A DNA stretch of 64,000 bases from Pseudomonadota bacterium (GCA_030523245.1 JAUNIW010000002.1:5410-69409); one strand, 5' to 3'; shown: positions 1 to 8,387, counted from the first letter of the stretch. The notes: generated from the sequence alone by a model not told the origin. Program-made: numbers and translations.

Positions 1-65
1 TTTTTATAAAAATATCACGAGGTTATCCAAAAATCAACGGCTAAAGGCTATTTGCACAACAACAA

Positions 66-98
66 AAACCTTCCGTCCGGTCAGGACGAAAGGTTTTC
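66..98. terminator. Bidirectional rho-independent terminator downstream of cspA
   Basis: Stem CCTTCCGTCC (69-78) pairs with GGACGAAAGG (84-93) with one mismatch. An A-run lies upstream and a T-run downstream on the + strand, so it can terminate the minus-strand csp gene. Confidence 0.5.
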
Positions 99-127
99 TT
101 TATGATGTTTCTTAAGATATAAAAATC

Positions 128-334
128 TCAGCTCAAAAGCTCAATGCTTCCCGCAGCTATACGACCGCGGTCATTATACAGCTCATAGCCCACGCGCTGC
201 CCTTCATACAAGCGGCGCAGTCCTTTTTCTTCTAATTTCGTAATGTGTACAAAAACATCTTTTCCGCCGGCGGAAGGCTGAATAAAACCATAGCCTTTAC
301 GGGTATTAAACCATTTTACAGTTCCTACAGACAT
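128..334 (-). CDS. cspA: Cold-shock protein, CspA family (68 aa)
   Basis: MSVGTVKWFNTRKGYGFIQP...VFVHITKL has the RNP1/RNP2 cold-shock domain motifs (KWFN, KGYGFI, VFVHF-like). Confidence 0.92.
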   Translation of the reverse strand: MSVGTVKWFNTRKGYGFIQPSAGGKDVFVHITKLEEKGLRRLYEGQRVGYELYNDRGRIAAGSIELLS

Positions 335-435
335 TGTTACTCCTCATTTGTTTATTAAGCTCAGGGTAAAGAATCATCTTTACCATTTTTTGAAGTAATC
401 CTTATCTTGTCAGGTTCAAGGGACTGTACTGAAAT

Positions 436-816
436 TCAGATGAAAAAATGAACATTTTTTTCTATAGCATCAATTTGTTCTGCCAGAAAAGCCATATCTT
501 CCGCATTTCTTTCCGCTGTTTTAGCATATTGTTTCATAACGGTCACAATAGCCTCAGCATACTTATTTTCATTCTCGGCAATCCGGCGCAGATAAAAAAC
601 AGCTGCCCTGAAAATCTCTTTTTTATCCGAAAATAACTGACGTGCCACATCCACATAAGGCGGATACTCCAGAATTTTGGCCTCGTCTTCGCGGGCTTCC
701 AGATATTTTTTTTGCAAAACGGCAGCTTGTGCAGATGATATCTGTTTATGGCCTGATGAGGCGCTGCCGCCGATTATCATGTGCCAAATATTTTGTAAAA
801 AAGATTTTTTAGACAT
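436..816 (-). CDS. Hypothetical protein (about 126 aa); the start is chosen at MSKKSF, which follows a GGAG RBS
   Basis: The ORF track gives 436..891. An internal ATG at 816 is preceded by AGGAGAAA 5 nt upstream. No recognisable domain. Confidence 0.5.
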   Translation of the reverse strand: MSKKSFLQNIWHMIIGGSASSGHKQISSAQAAVLQKKYLEAREDEAKILEYPPYVDVARQLFSDKKEIFRAAVFYLRRIAENENKYAEAIVTVMKQYAKTAERNAEDMAFLAEQIDAIEKNVHFFI

Positions 817-884
817 CTGCTTTCTCCTATAGCGGTAATGTAACACAGATTTTAGAAAAGTGAAGAGATTTTTAAGAAAAGTAT

Positions 885-913
885 TTGACAAGTAAAAAAA
901 TTTGGCTTATTAC
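885..913 (+). promoter_or_regulatory. Putative sigma70 promoter for tRNA-Gln
   Basis: TTGACA (885-890), a 17-nt spacer, then TATTAC (908-913), about 20 nt upstream of the mature tRNA 5' end. Confidence 0.3.
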
Positions 914-934
914 TAGCTCGTTATAAAAAAAGAT

Positions 935-1008
935 TGCTTCATCGTCTAATGGTAGGACAGCGGATTCTGACTCCGTCAATCTTGGTTCGAGTCCAGGTGA
1001 AGCAGCCA
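935..1008 (+). tRNA. tRNA-Gln (anticodon CUG)
   Basis: The 74-nt cloverleaf was folded by hand. The acceptor stem TGCTTCA/TGAAGCA has U1:A72 as in bacterial tRNA-Gln, followed by discriminator G and an encoded CCA. The D-stem is 3 bp, the T-loop is TTCGAGT, and the anticodon loop TTCTGAC carries CTG at 967-969. Confidence 0.78.
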
Positions 1009-1065
1009 ACTTTGACGAAAGCCTGCGGAGAGGATATTCTCCACAGGTTTTCTTTTTATAAAAAT

Positions 1066-1096
1066 AAGGGGCGACTTTTGTCGTCCCTTATTTTTA
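1066..1096. terminator. Bidirectional rho-independent terminator between tRNA-Gln and the convergent 564-aa gene
   Basis: GGGGCGAC-TTTT-GTCGTCCC hairpin with one G-U pair, flanked by T-rich tracts on both strands. Confidence 0.55.
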
Positions 1097-1109
1097 TACC
1101 ATTCCTCAA

Positions 1110-2804
1110 TCAGTTTACACTTTCGGTTGCTTCCTGCTTTGTTTCTTTTACATAAGACTTGAGCTCGCAAGCATATTCTTTCAGAGAACTCTGCAGGATG
1201 GCCCAGTACTGTTCACGAGAAAGATTCCACTTCTGTGCATACTTGAAAATCAACTTGTATGCTGCTGTCTTTTCACAGGAATATCTCATCTCCTTATTCA
1301 GAATATACAAGAAAGCTTTCATTGAAGGCTTCCAATTTTTTATATACTCAATTTGGAGAGGTTCTATACGGTCCATAGAAAACAGATATACCTCCGCCTC
1401 CGGCTGAAGCTTGTATCTTATTGCGAGGGTGGGATCTTTCCCAATTAGCTGAATCTGCGCGACGGCTTCCATTAAATCGGAAGTATATTCAAGCAAATCA
1501 GAATCCAGCTTTGACATCTCCGACACAGGAATTGCTCTTGAGTTCACAAGCAGATACAACGCCTTTTTTGCGACATTCTTATTCCATTCTTTAAACGGGA
1601 ATTGATTCCGCAAAAAGCTTGAAGCGCCAAATTCAATCAGCTTTTCCTGAAGTTTTGGCAGGTACTGCAAACCATATCCGTTGTTGATAATCATCAGTGC
1701 TCTGACGTTATCAGCTGATTTAGCGTTGTCAACCAGCAAAGCAAACAACTCACTAAATGCTTCCGGATAAAGTTTGGTCTGTAAATTGTCTATGTAAGAC
1801 CAGATACAGTTATATACCCGCTCATCTTTTAGTCTGCCGGCACCGATAAACAGCCATGTATAGGCATCAGCCCAGTCTTCCAGATTTCCGCAAAACGAAC
1901 CTGCCTGCAGCGTCTTCACCTCATGACCTCCCAAATGTTTCTGCACCAGCGGAAACATCTTACAAAAGTATGTTTGAAAAGACGGATACGAAGCCACATT
2001 ATCCCGCACTTTGGCATACAGTTCCGGAAAATTCTCCTTCATATAAGGCATCATTTCCGAAATATCTTCCTTTGTTCTAAAAGCCTGATTGAAAAAAAGG
2101 ATAAACCTCTTATTTCCGATTTCACCCAAATTTTCAGGCGCAATCCTGGTCAGTTCTTTCATAAACAGAGGTGCCAATGAAGGCTTGGTACATGCCAATA
2201 CTTCAGCAGACTTCCAGCCTTCGCAGTCAACCGAAGCCGCTTCATTTTTCTTAATACCGAGAATTTCATACGGTTCAAGCTTAAGAAAAACCGAAGGCGC
2301 TGCTTTAACCAACTCGACCCCGAATCGTTTCAGCAACTCAAGCTTTACCTGAGATACAGGAATATAATACCTCATCGCCCGAGCAATCAGTCCGATATCA
2401 TTTTTTTCCACAATGATATCAAACTCTTCGGCGCAGAAGATGTCTGGCAACAGACTGTAATTTCCTCTTTGAAAAAGAGTTTTCCTCGTCCCGTAACTCC
2501 AACACCGTGCCTGCAGGTCTTGTTCATCAAAACCCAGCTTGGCTATCAGCCTGAGCTGCTTGTTGACACTGGGCAGATACAATGTAGCATGGCTACGGGA
2601 CTTTAAGGTGAAATACTTTACCGCAATTTGCGGAAAAAGCGTTCTCAACACAGCGGCATAAATCCGCACAAATAAATTTGCTTTCATTAGAAAAAAATTT
2701 AAATAAATAAAATACATTAAGAAGATTTTCCCCTTAAAGGTCCGCCAGATTAAAGTCCTAAACCTCAAAGCTTCCTCAAAGTAATAAACTCTGAAAAACG
2801 GCAT
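1110..2804 (-). CDS. Hypothetical protein (564 aa as called; the true start may be an internal Met)
   Basis: A long ORF with no motif I recognise. It lies immediately 3' of tRNA-Gln in a very AT-rich segment. Confidence 0.55.
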   Translation of the reverse strand: MPFFRVYYFEEALRFRTLIWRTFKGKIFLMYFIYLNFFLMKANLFVRIYAAVLRTLFPQIAVKYFTLKSRSHATLYLPSVNKQLRLIAKLGFDEQDLQARCWSYGTRKTLFQRGNYSLLPDIFCAEEFDIIVEKNDIGLIARAMRYYIPVSQVKLELLKRFGVELVKAAPSVFLKLEPYEILGIKKNEAASVDCEGWKSAEVLACTKPSLAPLFMKELTRIAPENLGEIGNKRFILFFNQAFRTKEDISEMMPYMKENFPELYAKVRDNVASYPSFQTYFCKMFPLVQKHLGGHEVKTLQAGSFCGNLEDWADAYTWLFIGAGRLKDERVYNCIWSYIDNLQTKLYPEAFSELFALLVDNAKSADNVRALMIINNGYGLQYLPKLQEKLIEFGASSFLRNQFPFKEWNKNVAKKALYLLVNSRAIPVSEMSKLDSDLLEYTSDLMEAVAQIQLIGKDPTLAIRYKLQPEAEVYLFSMDRIEPLQIEYIKNWKPSMKAFLYILNKEMRYSCEKTAAYKLIFKYAQKWNLSREQYWAILQSSLKEYACELKSYVKETKQEATESVN

Positions 2805-2946
2805 TCAAAATTTGTAGAAACAATAATTTGGTAAACATTGTTATTATACCACACTTTTTATTTATTTCAAACTATATTTATCGGGAAAAAATCTTATTTA
2901 TTATAAAATCAGACAGTCCCGTAACTTAAATTTTTTCCGCCGGTTC

Positions 2947-2975
2947 TTTACATTTTGTTTTTTCCACCTTATATT
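2947..2975 (+). promoter_or_regulatory. Sigma70-like promoter for the Cys-rich membrane protein gene
   Basis: TTTACA (2947-2952), a 17-nt spacer, then TATATT (2970-2975). The AAGGAG RBS at 3006-3011 precedes the ATG at 3020. Confidence 0.45.
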
Positions 2976-3019
2976 TTATGCAGAAAATCAATTTTCGTTC
3001 ATATAAAGGAGAAAAAATT

Positions 3020-3574
3020 ATGGATAAAAAAGAAAAGTCCGAAGCCGTAACGGCTGAAAAAAAAGAAAAACACTGTTGTGACAAAGATTGTACCTGCGGC
3101 TGTCAGGAAGGTAAAGAATGCACCTGTGGTAACGGTTGCAAATGCGGCTGTTCCTGTTGCTGCAAAAAAACTGCAGTTAAACTGATTTGTGCGCTGCTTC
3201 TCTTTTTAGCAGGTATGGGCTTCCACTCTTTATTGCAATGCGGTGTCCGTTGTCCGGTTAAAGGCCCGCACCCGATGCCTGTACGCGCCATGCCTGTGCC
3301 TCCGACACCTGTTCCGGCTTATTCTGATGCCCAAGGCGGAAACATCATTATTATCAACACCGGTGATACAGACAATACCGAACATTTTTTAGGCAAACAT
3401 GCCGATAAAAAATTCGGCTGCCATGAAAAAAAGCATCATCACAAAAAACACCATTCGGATAAAATGAAAGATGATAAAACAAAAGCAGACAGAATGCGTC
3501 CGGAAGTCAATATGCCTGTTATGCAGGAACCGGACAGAATGGCTCCGTTACACAGTTCTGCCGCTGTTAAATAA
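3020..3574 (+). CDS. Metallothionein-like Cys-rich domain, one TM helix, a Pro-rich linker and a His-rich tail (about 184 aa)
   Basis: CCDKDCTCGCQEGKECTCGNGCKCGCSCCC holds 14 Cys in 30 residues. A hydrophobic stretch AVKLICALLLFLAGMGF follows, then PMPVRAMPVPPTPVP and HHHKKHH. The start at MDKKEK follows the AAGGAG RBS; the ORF track begins 14 codons earlier without an RBS. Confidence 0.6.
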   Translation: MDKKEKSEAVTAEKKEKHCCDKDCTCGCQEGKECTCGNGCKCGCSCCCKKTAVKLICALLLFLAGMGFHSLLQCGVRCPVKGPHPMPVRAMPVPPTPVPAYSDAQGGNIIIINTGDTDNTEHFLGKHADKKFGCHEKKHHHKKHHSDKMKDDKTKADRMRPEVNMPVMQEPDRMAPLHSSAAVK

Positions 3575-3593
3575 AACAATATGTTTTAATCTC

Positions 3594-3620
3594 AACTCCC
3601 CTTACGGGGAGTTTTTTTGT
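3594..3620 (+). terminator. Rho-independent terminator
   Basis: AACTCCCC-TTAC-GGGGAGTT followed by TTTTTTTGT. Confidence 0.7.
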
Positions 3621-3627
3621 CTTTCGG

Positions 3628-5307
3628 TCAGCGTTCCAGCTTTTTATAACGAATACGGTGCGGATTGCAGGCATCTTCTCCTAATCGGGCTTTTTTATCT
3701 TTTTCATAATCTTCAAAGTTGCCTTCAAACCATTCGACATGGCCGTTATCCTCATAGGCCAGAATATGTGTTGCCAGACGATCCAAAAACCACCGGTCAT
3801 GTGATGTAACCAGTACACATCCCGGATAATTGTTAATCCCCTCTTCCAAAGAACGCAGTGTATCAACATCCAAATCATTGGTCGGTTCATCAAGCAAAAT
3901 CACATTAGCACCTTTGCGTAGCATCTTTGCCAGATGGACACGATTGCGTTCGCCGCCGGAGAGCTGTCCGACTTTTTTCTGCTGGTCGGCGCCCTTGAAA
4001 TTAAATTGACCGACATAAGCGCGTGACGACACTTCATTTTTGCCTAACTGAATCATATCCAGGCCATCGGAAATTTCTTCCCATATATTTTTATCCGGAT
4101 TAAGTTCGTCACGGGACTGGTCTACATAGCCCAAATCTACAGAATCACCGATACGGATTTCTCCCGAATCCGGCTTTTCCTGTCCGGTAATCATGCGAAA
4201 CAGCGTTGTTTTACCGGCACCGTTTGGCCCGATAATACCGACAATAGCCCCCTTCGGGATTTTGAAAGACAAATCATCAATCAAAACTTTGTCACCAAAT
4301 GCTTTACTGATATGGCTGGCCTCAATAACCAAATCCCCCAGACGTTCCGTCATCGGAATATTGATATGAGCCGTGCTGATTTTTTCACGGCCGGCCTGTG
4401 ACAGCAATTCGTCATATGCATTGATACGCGCTTTGGACTTAGCCTGACGTGCTTTCGGATTTTTGTGAATCCATTCCAGTTCCAAGGCCAGAGTACGCTG
4501 ACGGGCATTTTCTTCACGAGCTTCCTGCGCCAGACGTTTTTCCTTTTGCTCCAGCCATGATGTATAGTTTCCTTCATACGGAATTCCCTGACCGCGGTCA
4601 AGTTCCAAAATCCAGCCGGTAACATTGTCCAGAAAATAGCGGTCGTGTGTTACCATAACCACCGTACCGTTATAGTCTTTCAGATGATGTTCCAGCCAGG
4701 CAACCGATTCGGCATCCAGATGATTGGTCGGCTCATCAAGCAACAATAAATCCGGTTTTTGCAACAACAGACGGCATAGGGCCACACGGCGTTTTTCACC
4801 GCCGGAAAGTTTTGTCACGTCGGCTTCAGCCGGCGGACAGCGCAGGGCATCCATTGCAATTTGTACGGTACGTTCGATTTCCCAACCGCCGCAGGCATCG
4901 ATTTTTTCTTGTAATTCAGCCTGTTCTTCAATCAGGGCATTCATCTCATCATCTGTCATCGGTTCGGCAAATTTGGCAGAAACTTCTTCAAAACGCTGCA
5001 ATAATTTTTGCGTTTCACCCAAACCGTCCATCACATTCTGCATTACATTTTTGCCGGCATCCAGCTTCGGTTCCTGTTCCAGATAGCCGATTTTAACCCC
5101 GTCGGCAGCCCAGGCTTCGCCGCTGAAGTCCTTATCAATACCGGCCATAATTTTTAAAAGAGTTGATTTACCGGCACCGTTGACACCCAATACACCGATT
5201 TTGGCTCCCGGAAAAAAAGAAAGTGTTATATTTTTAAATAACTCTCTTCCCCCCGGCAGAACCTTGGTTAAATTTTGCATTACAAAAATGTATTGGTACG
5301 AAGCCAT
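3628..5307 (-). CDS. ettA: ABC-F ATPase EttA (energy-dependent translational throttle), 559 aa
   Basis: Two ABC cassettes with Walker A motifs GVNGAGKST and GPNGAGKTT and signature motifs LSGGEKRR and LSGGERNR. The N-terminus ...[25 protein letters not shown] is near-identical in pattern to E. coli EttA/YjjK. Confidence 0.9.
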   Translation of the reverse strand: MASYQYIFVMQNLTKVLPGGRELFKNITLSFFPGAKIGVLGVNGAGKSTLLKIMAGIDKDFSGEAWAADGVKIGYLEQEPKLDAGKNVMQNVMDGLGETQKLLQRFEEVSAKFAEPMTDDEMNALIEEQAELQEKIDACGGWEIERTVQIAMDALRCPPAEADVTKLSGGEKRRVALCRLLLQKPDLLLLDEPTNHLDAESVAWLEHHLKDYNGTVVMVTHDRYFLDNVTGWILELDRGQGIPYEGNYTSWLEQKEKRLAQEAREENARQRTLALELEWIHKNPKARQAKSKARINAYDELLSQAGREKISTAHINIPMTERLGDLVIEASHISKAFGDKVLIDDLSFKIPKGAIVGIIGPNGAGKTTLFRMITGQEKPDSGEIRIGDSVDLGYVDQSRDELNPDKNIWEEISDGLDMIQLGKNEVSSRAYVGQFNFKGADQQKKVGQLSGGERNRVHLAKMLRKGANVILLDEPTNDLDVDTLRSLEEGINNYPGCVLVTSHDRWFLDRLATHILAYEDNGHVEWFEGNFEDYEKDKKARLGEDACNPHRIRYKKLER

Positions 5308-5319
5308 TATATTCTCCTT

Positions 5320-5871
5320 TTATTTAAACTGATTGGCATAGCGGCCGTAATTAGAATCATGAAATTCGATTTTCGGTCTATTCTGCTTACTTTTTTCAGC
5401 CTTGGCAAGAGCTTTTTTATAGGTTGCCAGTGCTTTTTCATAAATTTCCGGATCTTTTTTATAAAGACTGGAAGCATCATACAATTTTCGCGGTTTCAGA
5501 AGCGTGCCGTCATATAATTTGATTTTACCGTCGGCATAAAGGACACTCTTGAAAATTTTCTGACGGTTAAAATTATAAACAATCTGGTCACATCCTTCAT
5601 AATTGTTGGCAAAAATCTGGGACATAGCGTCAATTTTTGTTTCATTATAAGCAATCATTGCTTCTCTTTGAAGTTTGTCATTAGGTGATTTAGTAACCAG
5701 CAGCGCCCGTGCCAGAAGTTCGTATTGCTGATATTTACGCGCGCGGCAGGCCAGTCCCTGCCCTGCAACATCACCCAGCTGGCGCATTTCATCCAGATAG
5801 GATATTTCCGCAGCAGTTGCCCCGCTTATCCAAATGCCCAAAGCCAGAAAGGTCAATAACAATTTTTTCAT
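5320..5871 (-). CDS. Secreted hypothetical protein (183 aa) with an N-terminal signal peptide
   Basis: MKKLLLTFLALGIWISGATAAE is a typical Sec signal. No known domain recognised. Confidence 0.55.
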   Translation of the reverse strand: MKKLLLTFLALGIWISGATAAEISYLDEMRQLGDVAGQGLACRARKYQQYELLARALLVTKSPNDKLQREAMIAYNETKIDAMSQIFANNYEGCDQIVYNFNRQKIFKSVLYADGKIKLYDGTLLKPRKLYDASSLYKKDPEIYEKALATYKKALAKAEKSKQNRPKIEFHDSNYGRYANQFK

Positions 5872-5967
5872 CAGCCAATTCCTTATAAAAAAGTTTGTTT
5901 TTTAATATGATATAAGAATAAAAAATAAAAGATACCTTAATTTTATGCATATCCGCAAAAAAATTGG

Positions 5968-5996
5968 TTGACATTTGGCAATAAATAGCTTATTTT
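5968..5996 (+). promoter_or_regulatory. Putative sigma70 promoter for rpmJ
   Basis: TTGACA (5968-5973), a 17-nt spacer, then TATTTT (5991-5996). Confidence 0.4.
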
Positions 5997-6028
5997 GCGC
6001 TCAAAATGTTTTGTAAAGGATAAAAAAA

Positions 6029-6154
6029 ATGAAATGTTTCAGTTCGTTAAAATCTAAAAAAGAACGTGATAAGGACTGTAAAGTTGTTCGCCGCAAAGGC
6101 CGCGTTTATGTTATCAACAAAAAGAACCCGAAGCTGAAAGCTCGTCAGGGTTAA
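6029..6154 (+). CDS. rpmJ: 50S ribosomal protein L36 (41 aa, non-zinc C-minus type)
   Basis: [41 protein letters not shown] ends with the L36 hallmark K-x-KARQG, and an AAGGA RBS lies 9 nt upstream. Missed by the 60-aa ORF cutoff. Confidence 0.88.
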   Translation: MKCFSSLKSKKERDKDCKVVRRKGRVYVINKKNPKLKARQG

Positions 6155-6169
6155 TTGAGTACTATCCCA

Positions 6170-6197
6170 AAGGCTTCCGTCAGGAAGCTTTTTTTAT
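6170..6197 (+). terminator. Rho-independent terminator after rpmJ
   Basis: GGCTTCC-GTCA-GGAAGC(T) hairpin followed by TTTTTTT. Confidence 0.65.
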
Positions 6198-6221
6198 GCC
6201 GTAAAAAAAGATTTTTTGCAA

Positions 6222-6258
6222 AAGAAAAAGCACAGGTTATAAAACCGGTGCTTTTTTC
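6222..6258. terminator. Bidirectional terminator downstream of the minus-strand 105-aa gene
   Basis: AGCACAGGTT pairs with AACCGGTGCT, with one mismatch. An A-run lies upstream and TTTTTTCTT downstream. Confidence 0.45.
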
Positions 6259-6272
6259 TTAAGATTCACCCT

Positions 6273-6590
6273 CTATTTCTTAGAGGTGGAAACAACTTCA
6301 TGCAAGGCGCGAATACGCTGTACCATCTCGGGATTTTGCCAATGAACGGAACAAAGACGACGGCATTCTGCATCAAACTCTTCCGCAAATTGTGCCTTGC
6401 GGTACTGCTGACACATAACGTTAATATAGAGTGGCACCTTTTCGCTTTTACTATCTACGATTTTCATAACGGCACCACCTATTTTGTAGGCTTTCAAATC
6501 TTTGCGAAAAGATGCGGCAACTTTGTTACGTTCCTCCGGAGTCGACTGTTTTACGACCGCCATGAAGTTGCTATAAACATTTTTTTCCAT
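6273..6590 (-). CDS. Hypothetical protein (105 aa)
   Basis: Intact ORF, no recognisable motif. Confidence 0.5.
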   Translation of the reverse strand: MEKNVYSNFMAVVKQSTPEERNKVAASFRKDLKAYKIGGAVMKIVDSKSEKVPLYINVMCQQYRKAQFAEEFDAECRRLCSVHWQNPEMVQRIRALHEVVSTSKK

Positions 6591-6687
6591 AAATAAAAAT
6601 AATTTAATAAAAATTTAGAAAACAAAGTTATCTTAAACTAAATTTGTCTAAAATGCAATACAAAATTTAGAAAAAAATATTTTCATA

Positions 6688-6717
6688 TTGACAAGTCATA
6701 AATTTTGTGCGAATTAT
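6688..6717 (+). promoter_or_regulatory. Putative sigma70 promoter for tRNA-Arg
   Basis: TTGACA (6688-6693), an 18-nt spacer, then AATTAT (6712-6717); the tRNA starts at 6736. Confidence 0.3.
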
Positions 6718-6735
6718 GTTGCAGTTTATGGTGCT

Positions 6736-6812
6736 GCGCCCCTAGCTCAGCAGGATAGAGCAACAGCCTTCTAAGCTGTGGGTCGGGCGTTCGAATCGCC
6801 CGGGGCGCGCCA
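6736..6812 (+). tRNA. tRNA-Arg (anticodon UCU)
   Basis: The 77-nt cloverleaf was folded by hand. The acceptor stem GCGCCCC/GGGGCGC is followed by G and an encoded CCA. The D-stem is GCTC/GAGC, the T-arm is GGGCG-TTCGAAT-CGCCC, and the anticodon loop CTTCTAA carries TCT at 6770-6772. Confidence 0.8.
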
Positions 6813-6825
6813 ATAGAACTTTGAA

Positions 6826-6850
6826 ACCGCCTTTAACGGCGTTTTTTTTC
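6826..6850 (+). terminator. Probable intrinsic terminator after tRNA-Arg
   Basis: A short GC stem, CGCC/GGCG, with a 6-nt loop, followed by an 8-T run. Confidence 0.45.
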
Positions 6851-6892
6851 TGGATATATACTCCCTTTTATTTTCATTGTTTCAAATTTTTT

Positions 6893-6916
6893 GAACTTTT
6901 TAAATTTTAATTCGTT
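6893..6916 (+). promoter_or_regulatory. ECF-type (EcfG-like) promoter, GAAC-N16-CGTT
   Basis: GAAC at 6893-6896, a 16-nt spacer, then CGTT at 6913-6916. A TTCAAA-TTT-TTTGAA palindrome (6881-6895) overlaps the -35 element. A GAGG RBS precedes the ATG at 6951. Confidence 0.4.
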
Positions 6917-6950
6917 ATCCTTTATGTAAACGGAAACTGATGAGGTTAAT

Positions 6951-7217
6951 ATGGATAAACTGGATCAACTGTTACTGGAAGCAAAACCGCTTTATCTGAA
7001 AAGAAAACAAAACCGGCGGATTATCTCCGGTGTTGCTTTGAGCACCTATTGCGCAGTATTTCTCTGCCTGACTGCTTATCAGCAGCCGGCTTTTGATAAT
7101 GACGATTTTGCAACCTATTACACAGCGTTGTACGAACCCCTGAATGATGATTACTTTCAGCTGGATATCAACCCGAACAATTATTTTTTGCTTGATGAAA
7201 ACAGAAAGGCTATCTGA
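6951..7217 (+). CDS. Small membrane protein (88 aa) encoded immediately upstream of the ECF sigma; candidate anti-sigma or NepR-like partner
   Basis: It has one predicted TM segment, IISGVALSTYCAVFLCLTAY. Its stop overlaps the sigma gene start (ATGA at 7217). Confidence 0.45.
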   Translation: MDKLDQLLLEAKPLYLKRKQNRRIISGVALSTYCAVFLCLTAYQQPAFDNDDFATYYTALYEPLNDDYFQLDINPNNYFLLDENRKAI

Positions 7218-7714
7218 TGGAATTTTTAACACGCTGTCTCTGCCGGCGAATCGTGCGTCGTACTGTCTATAAATATCTGTGCCGCTCTGATGAAGATTTG
7301 GAACAAGAGATTTATATTCATCTCTGGGAAAAAAGATACGCCTATCACGAACAAGAAAAGCTGTCAGCCTGGATGCGGACGGTCAGTGAAAACTTCTGTA
7401 AAGACTATCTGCGGCGAAAAAGCCAAAAATATCAGCGTCTGACCGATTATGACACAGATAATCAAACGGAAACCATAAGCACTGATAAGGATCCCGAATA
7501 TTACTGGATTGAAAAATGCCGGAGAAAACTCGTTTTAAATGCAGTTGACCAACTGCCCGAAAAAATGCGTAAAGCCCTTGTATTGGTTGAATTTGAAGGA
7601 TTGAGTTACGATGCTGCCGCCAAAAAACTGGGCATTACAACGGGAACTCTTAAATCAAGAATCCATAATGCAAAACAAAAATTGCAACAACAACTCAATT
7701 ATTTAATTTGTTAA
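7217..7714 (+). CDS. ECF (sigma-70 family, group IV) sigma factor, 165 aa
   Basis: Region 2 is DEDLEQEIYIHLWEK...FCKDYLRRK. Region 4 is LPEKMRKALVLVEFEGLSYDAAAKKLGITTGTLKSRIHNAKQKL, a helix-turn-helix. Confidence 0.8.
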   Translation: MEFLTRCLCRRIVRRTVYKYLCRSDEDLEQEIYIHLWEKRYAYHEQEKLSAWMRTVSENFCKDYLRRKSQKYQRLTDYDTDNQTETISTDKDPEYYWIEKCRRKLVLNAVDQLPEKMRKALVLVEFEGLSYDAAAKKLGITTGTLKSRIHNAKQKLQQQLNYLIC

Positions 7715-7731
7715 TGAAAGGAATGTTTTAA

Positions 7732-8361
7732 ATGAATAACTTAACTAAAAAAGACTTTTTGCTTATCGGCTGTTCTTTTGCCGCCGGTATGTTCATCATG
7801 GGAGCTGCCAGCCTGTTTTACAGATGTCAGGCACCGCAGAATTTCCGCCCTGTCCCGCCGGTTGCCCTAGAACAACAACCTATGCCGGAACCACGCATTG
7901 AACACCACGATAACCGATATACGGAAGATGACAGAAGTTTTGAACGCCGTCACGAAAACAGACACCGCAGACCTCGTCATCCGGACATGTTTCATTCCAA
8001 ACATACTCCGGAACATCTGGATAAAATTCTTAATCTGAGTGCAGAACAAAAAGCACAAATTGAAGAATTCCGCAAACAAGACATGGCCGAATTTGAGATA
8101 ATTTCGAATAAAATGAAAGAGTTGAGAAATCAAGCCGGTAAAATACGCCAAAGAGGGAAAGCCCGTTTTGAAAGTATTTTAACAGATGAACAAAAGACTG
8201 TTCTTCAACAAATACACGAACGTTTTGCGCCAAAACCGAATCCTGACGATAAAAACATCCGTCCTCATCATTTCGGGAAAAAAGCTGCCCGTATGATGCC
8301 GAACGGTAAAAAAGATATCCGACCGGCACAAATTCCGCAAACAGAAGAACCGGAAAAATAG
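7732..8361 (+). CDS. Membrane-anchored periplasmic protein of the Spy/CpxP/ZraP (LTXXQ) family (209 aa)
   Basis: An N-terminal TM segment, then two LTXXQ-type motifs, LSAEQKAQIEEFRK and LTDEQKTVLQQIHERF, plus a His/Arg-rich segment. Confidence 0.55.
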   Translation: MNNLTKKDFLLIGCSFAAGMFIMGAASLFYRCQAPQNFRPVPPVALEQQPMPEPRIEHHDNRYTEDDRSFERRHENRHRRPRHPDMFHSKHTPEHLDKILNLSAEQKAQIEEFRKQDMAEFEIISNKMKELRNQAGKIRQRGKARFESILTDEQKTVLQQIHERFAPKPNPDDKNIRPHHFGKKAARMMPNGKKDIRPAQIPQTEEPEK

Positions 8362-8387
8362 ATATCTGCCGGTATCTTCAAAAAAAT

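Noticed and set aside
360-392. Hairpin GGTAAAG/CTTTACC followed by a T-run on the + strand in the cspA leader region
   Set aside because: It is oriented as a + strand terminator, but both flanking genes are on the minus strand. It more likely forms part of the cspA 5' UTR (antisense) or is incidental, so it is not called.
436-891. Extended 151-aa version of the hypothetical gene
   Set aside because: The upstream extension has no RBS, and the internal ATG at 816 has a GGAG RBS, so the shorter form is preferred.
1008-2900. Direct-repeat or attachment-site evidence for an integrated element at tRNA-Gln
   Set aside because: No copy of the tRNA 3' end (GTCCAGGTGAAGCAGCCA) was found downstream in the window and there is no integrase gene. 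The island hypothesis is kept only as a low-confidence finding.
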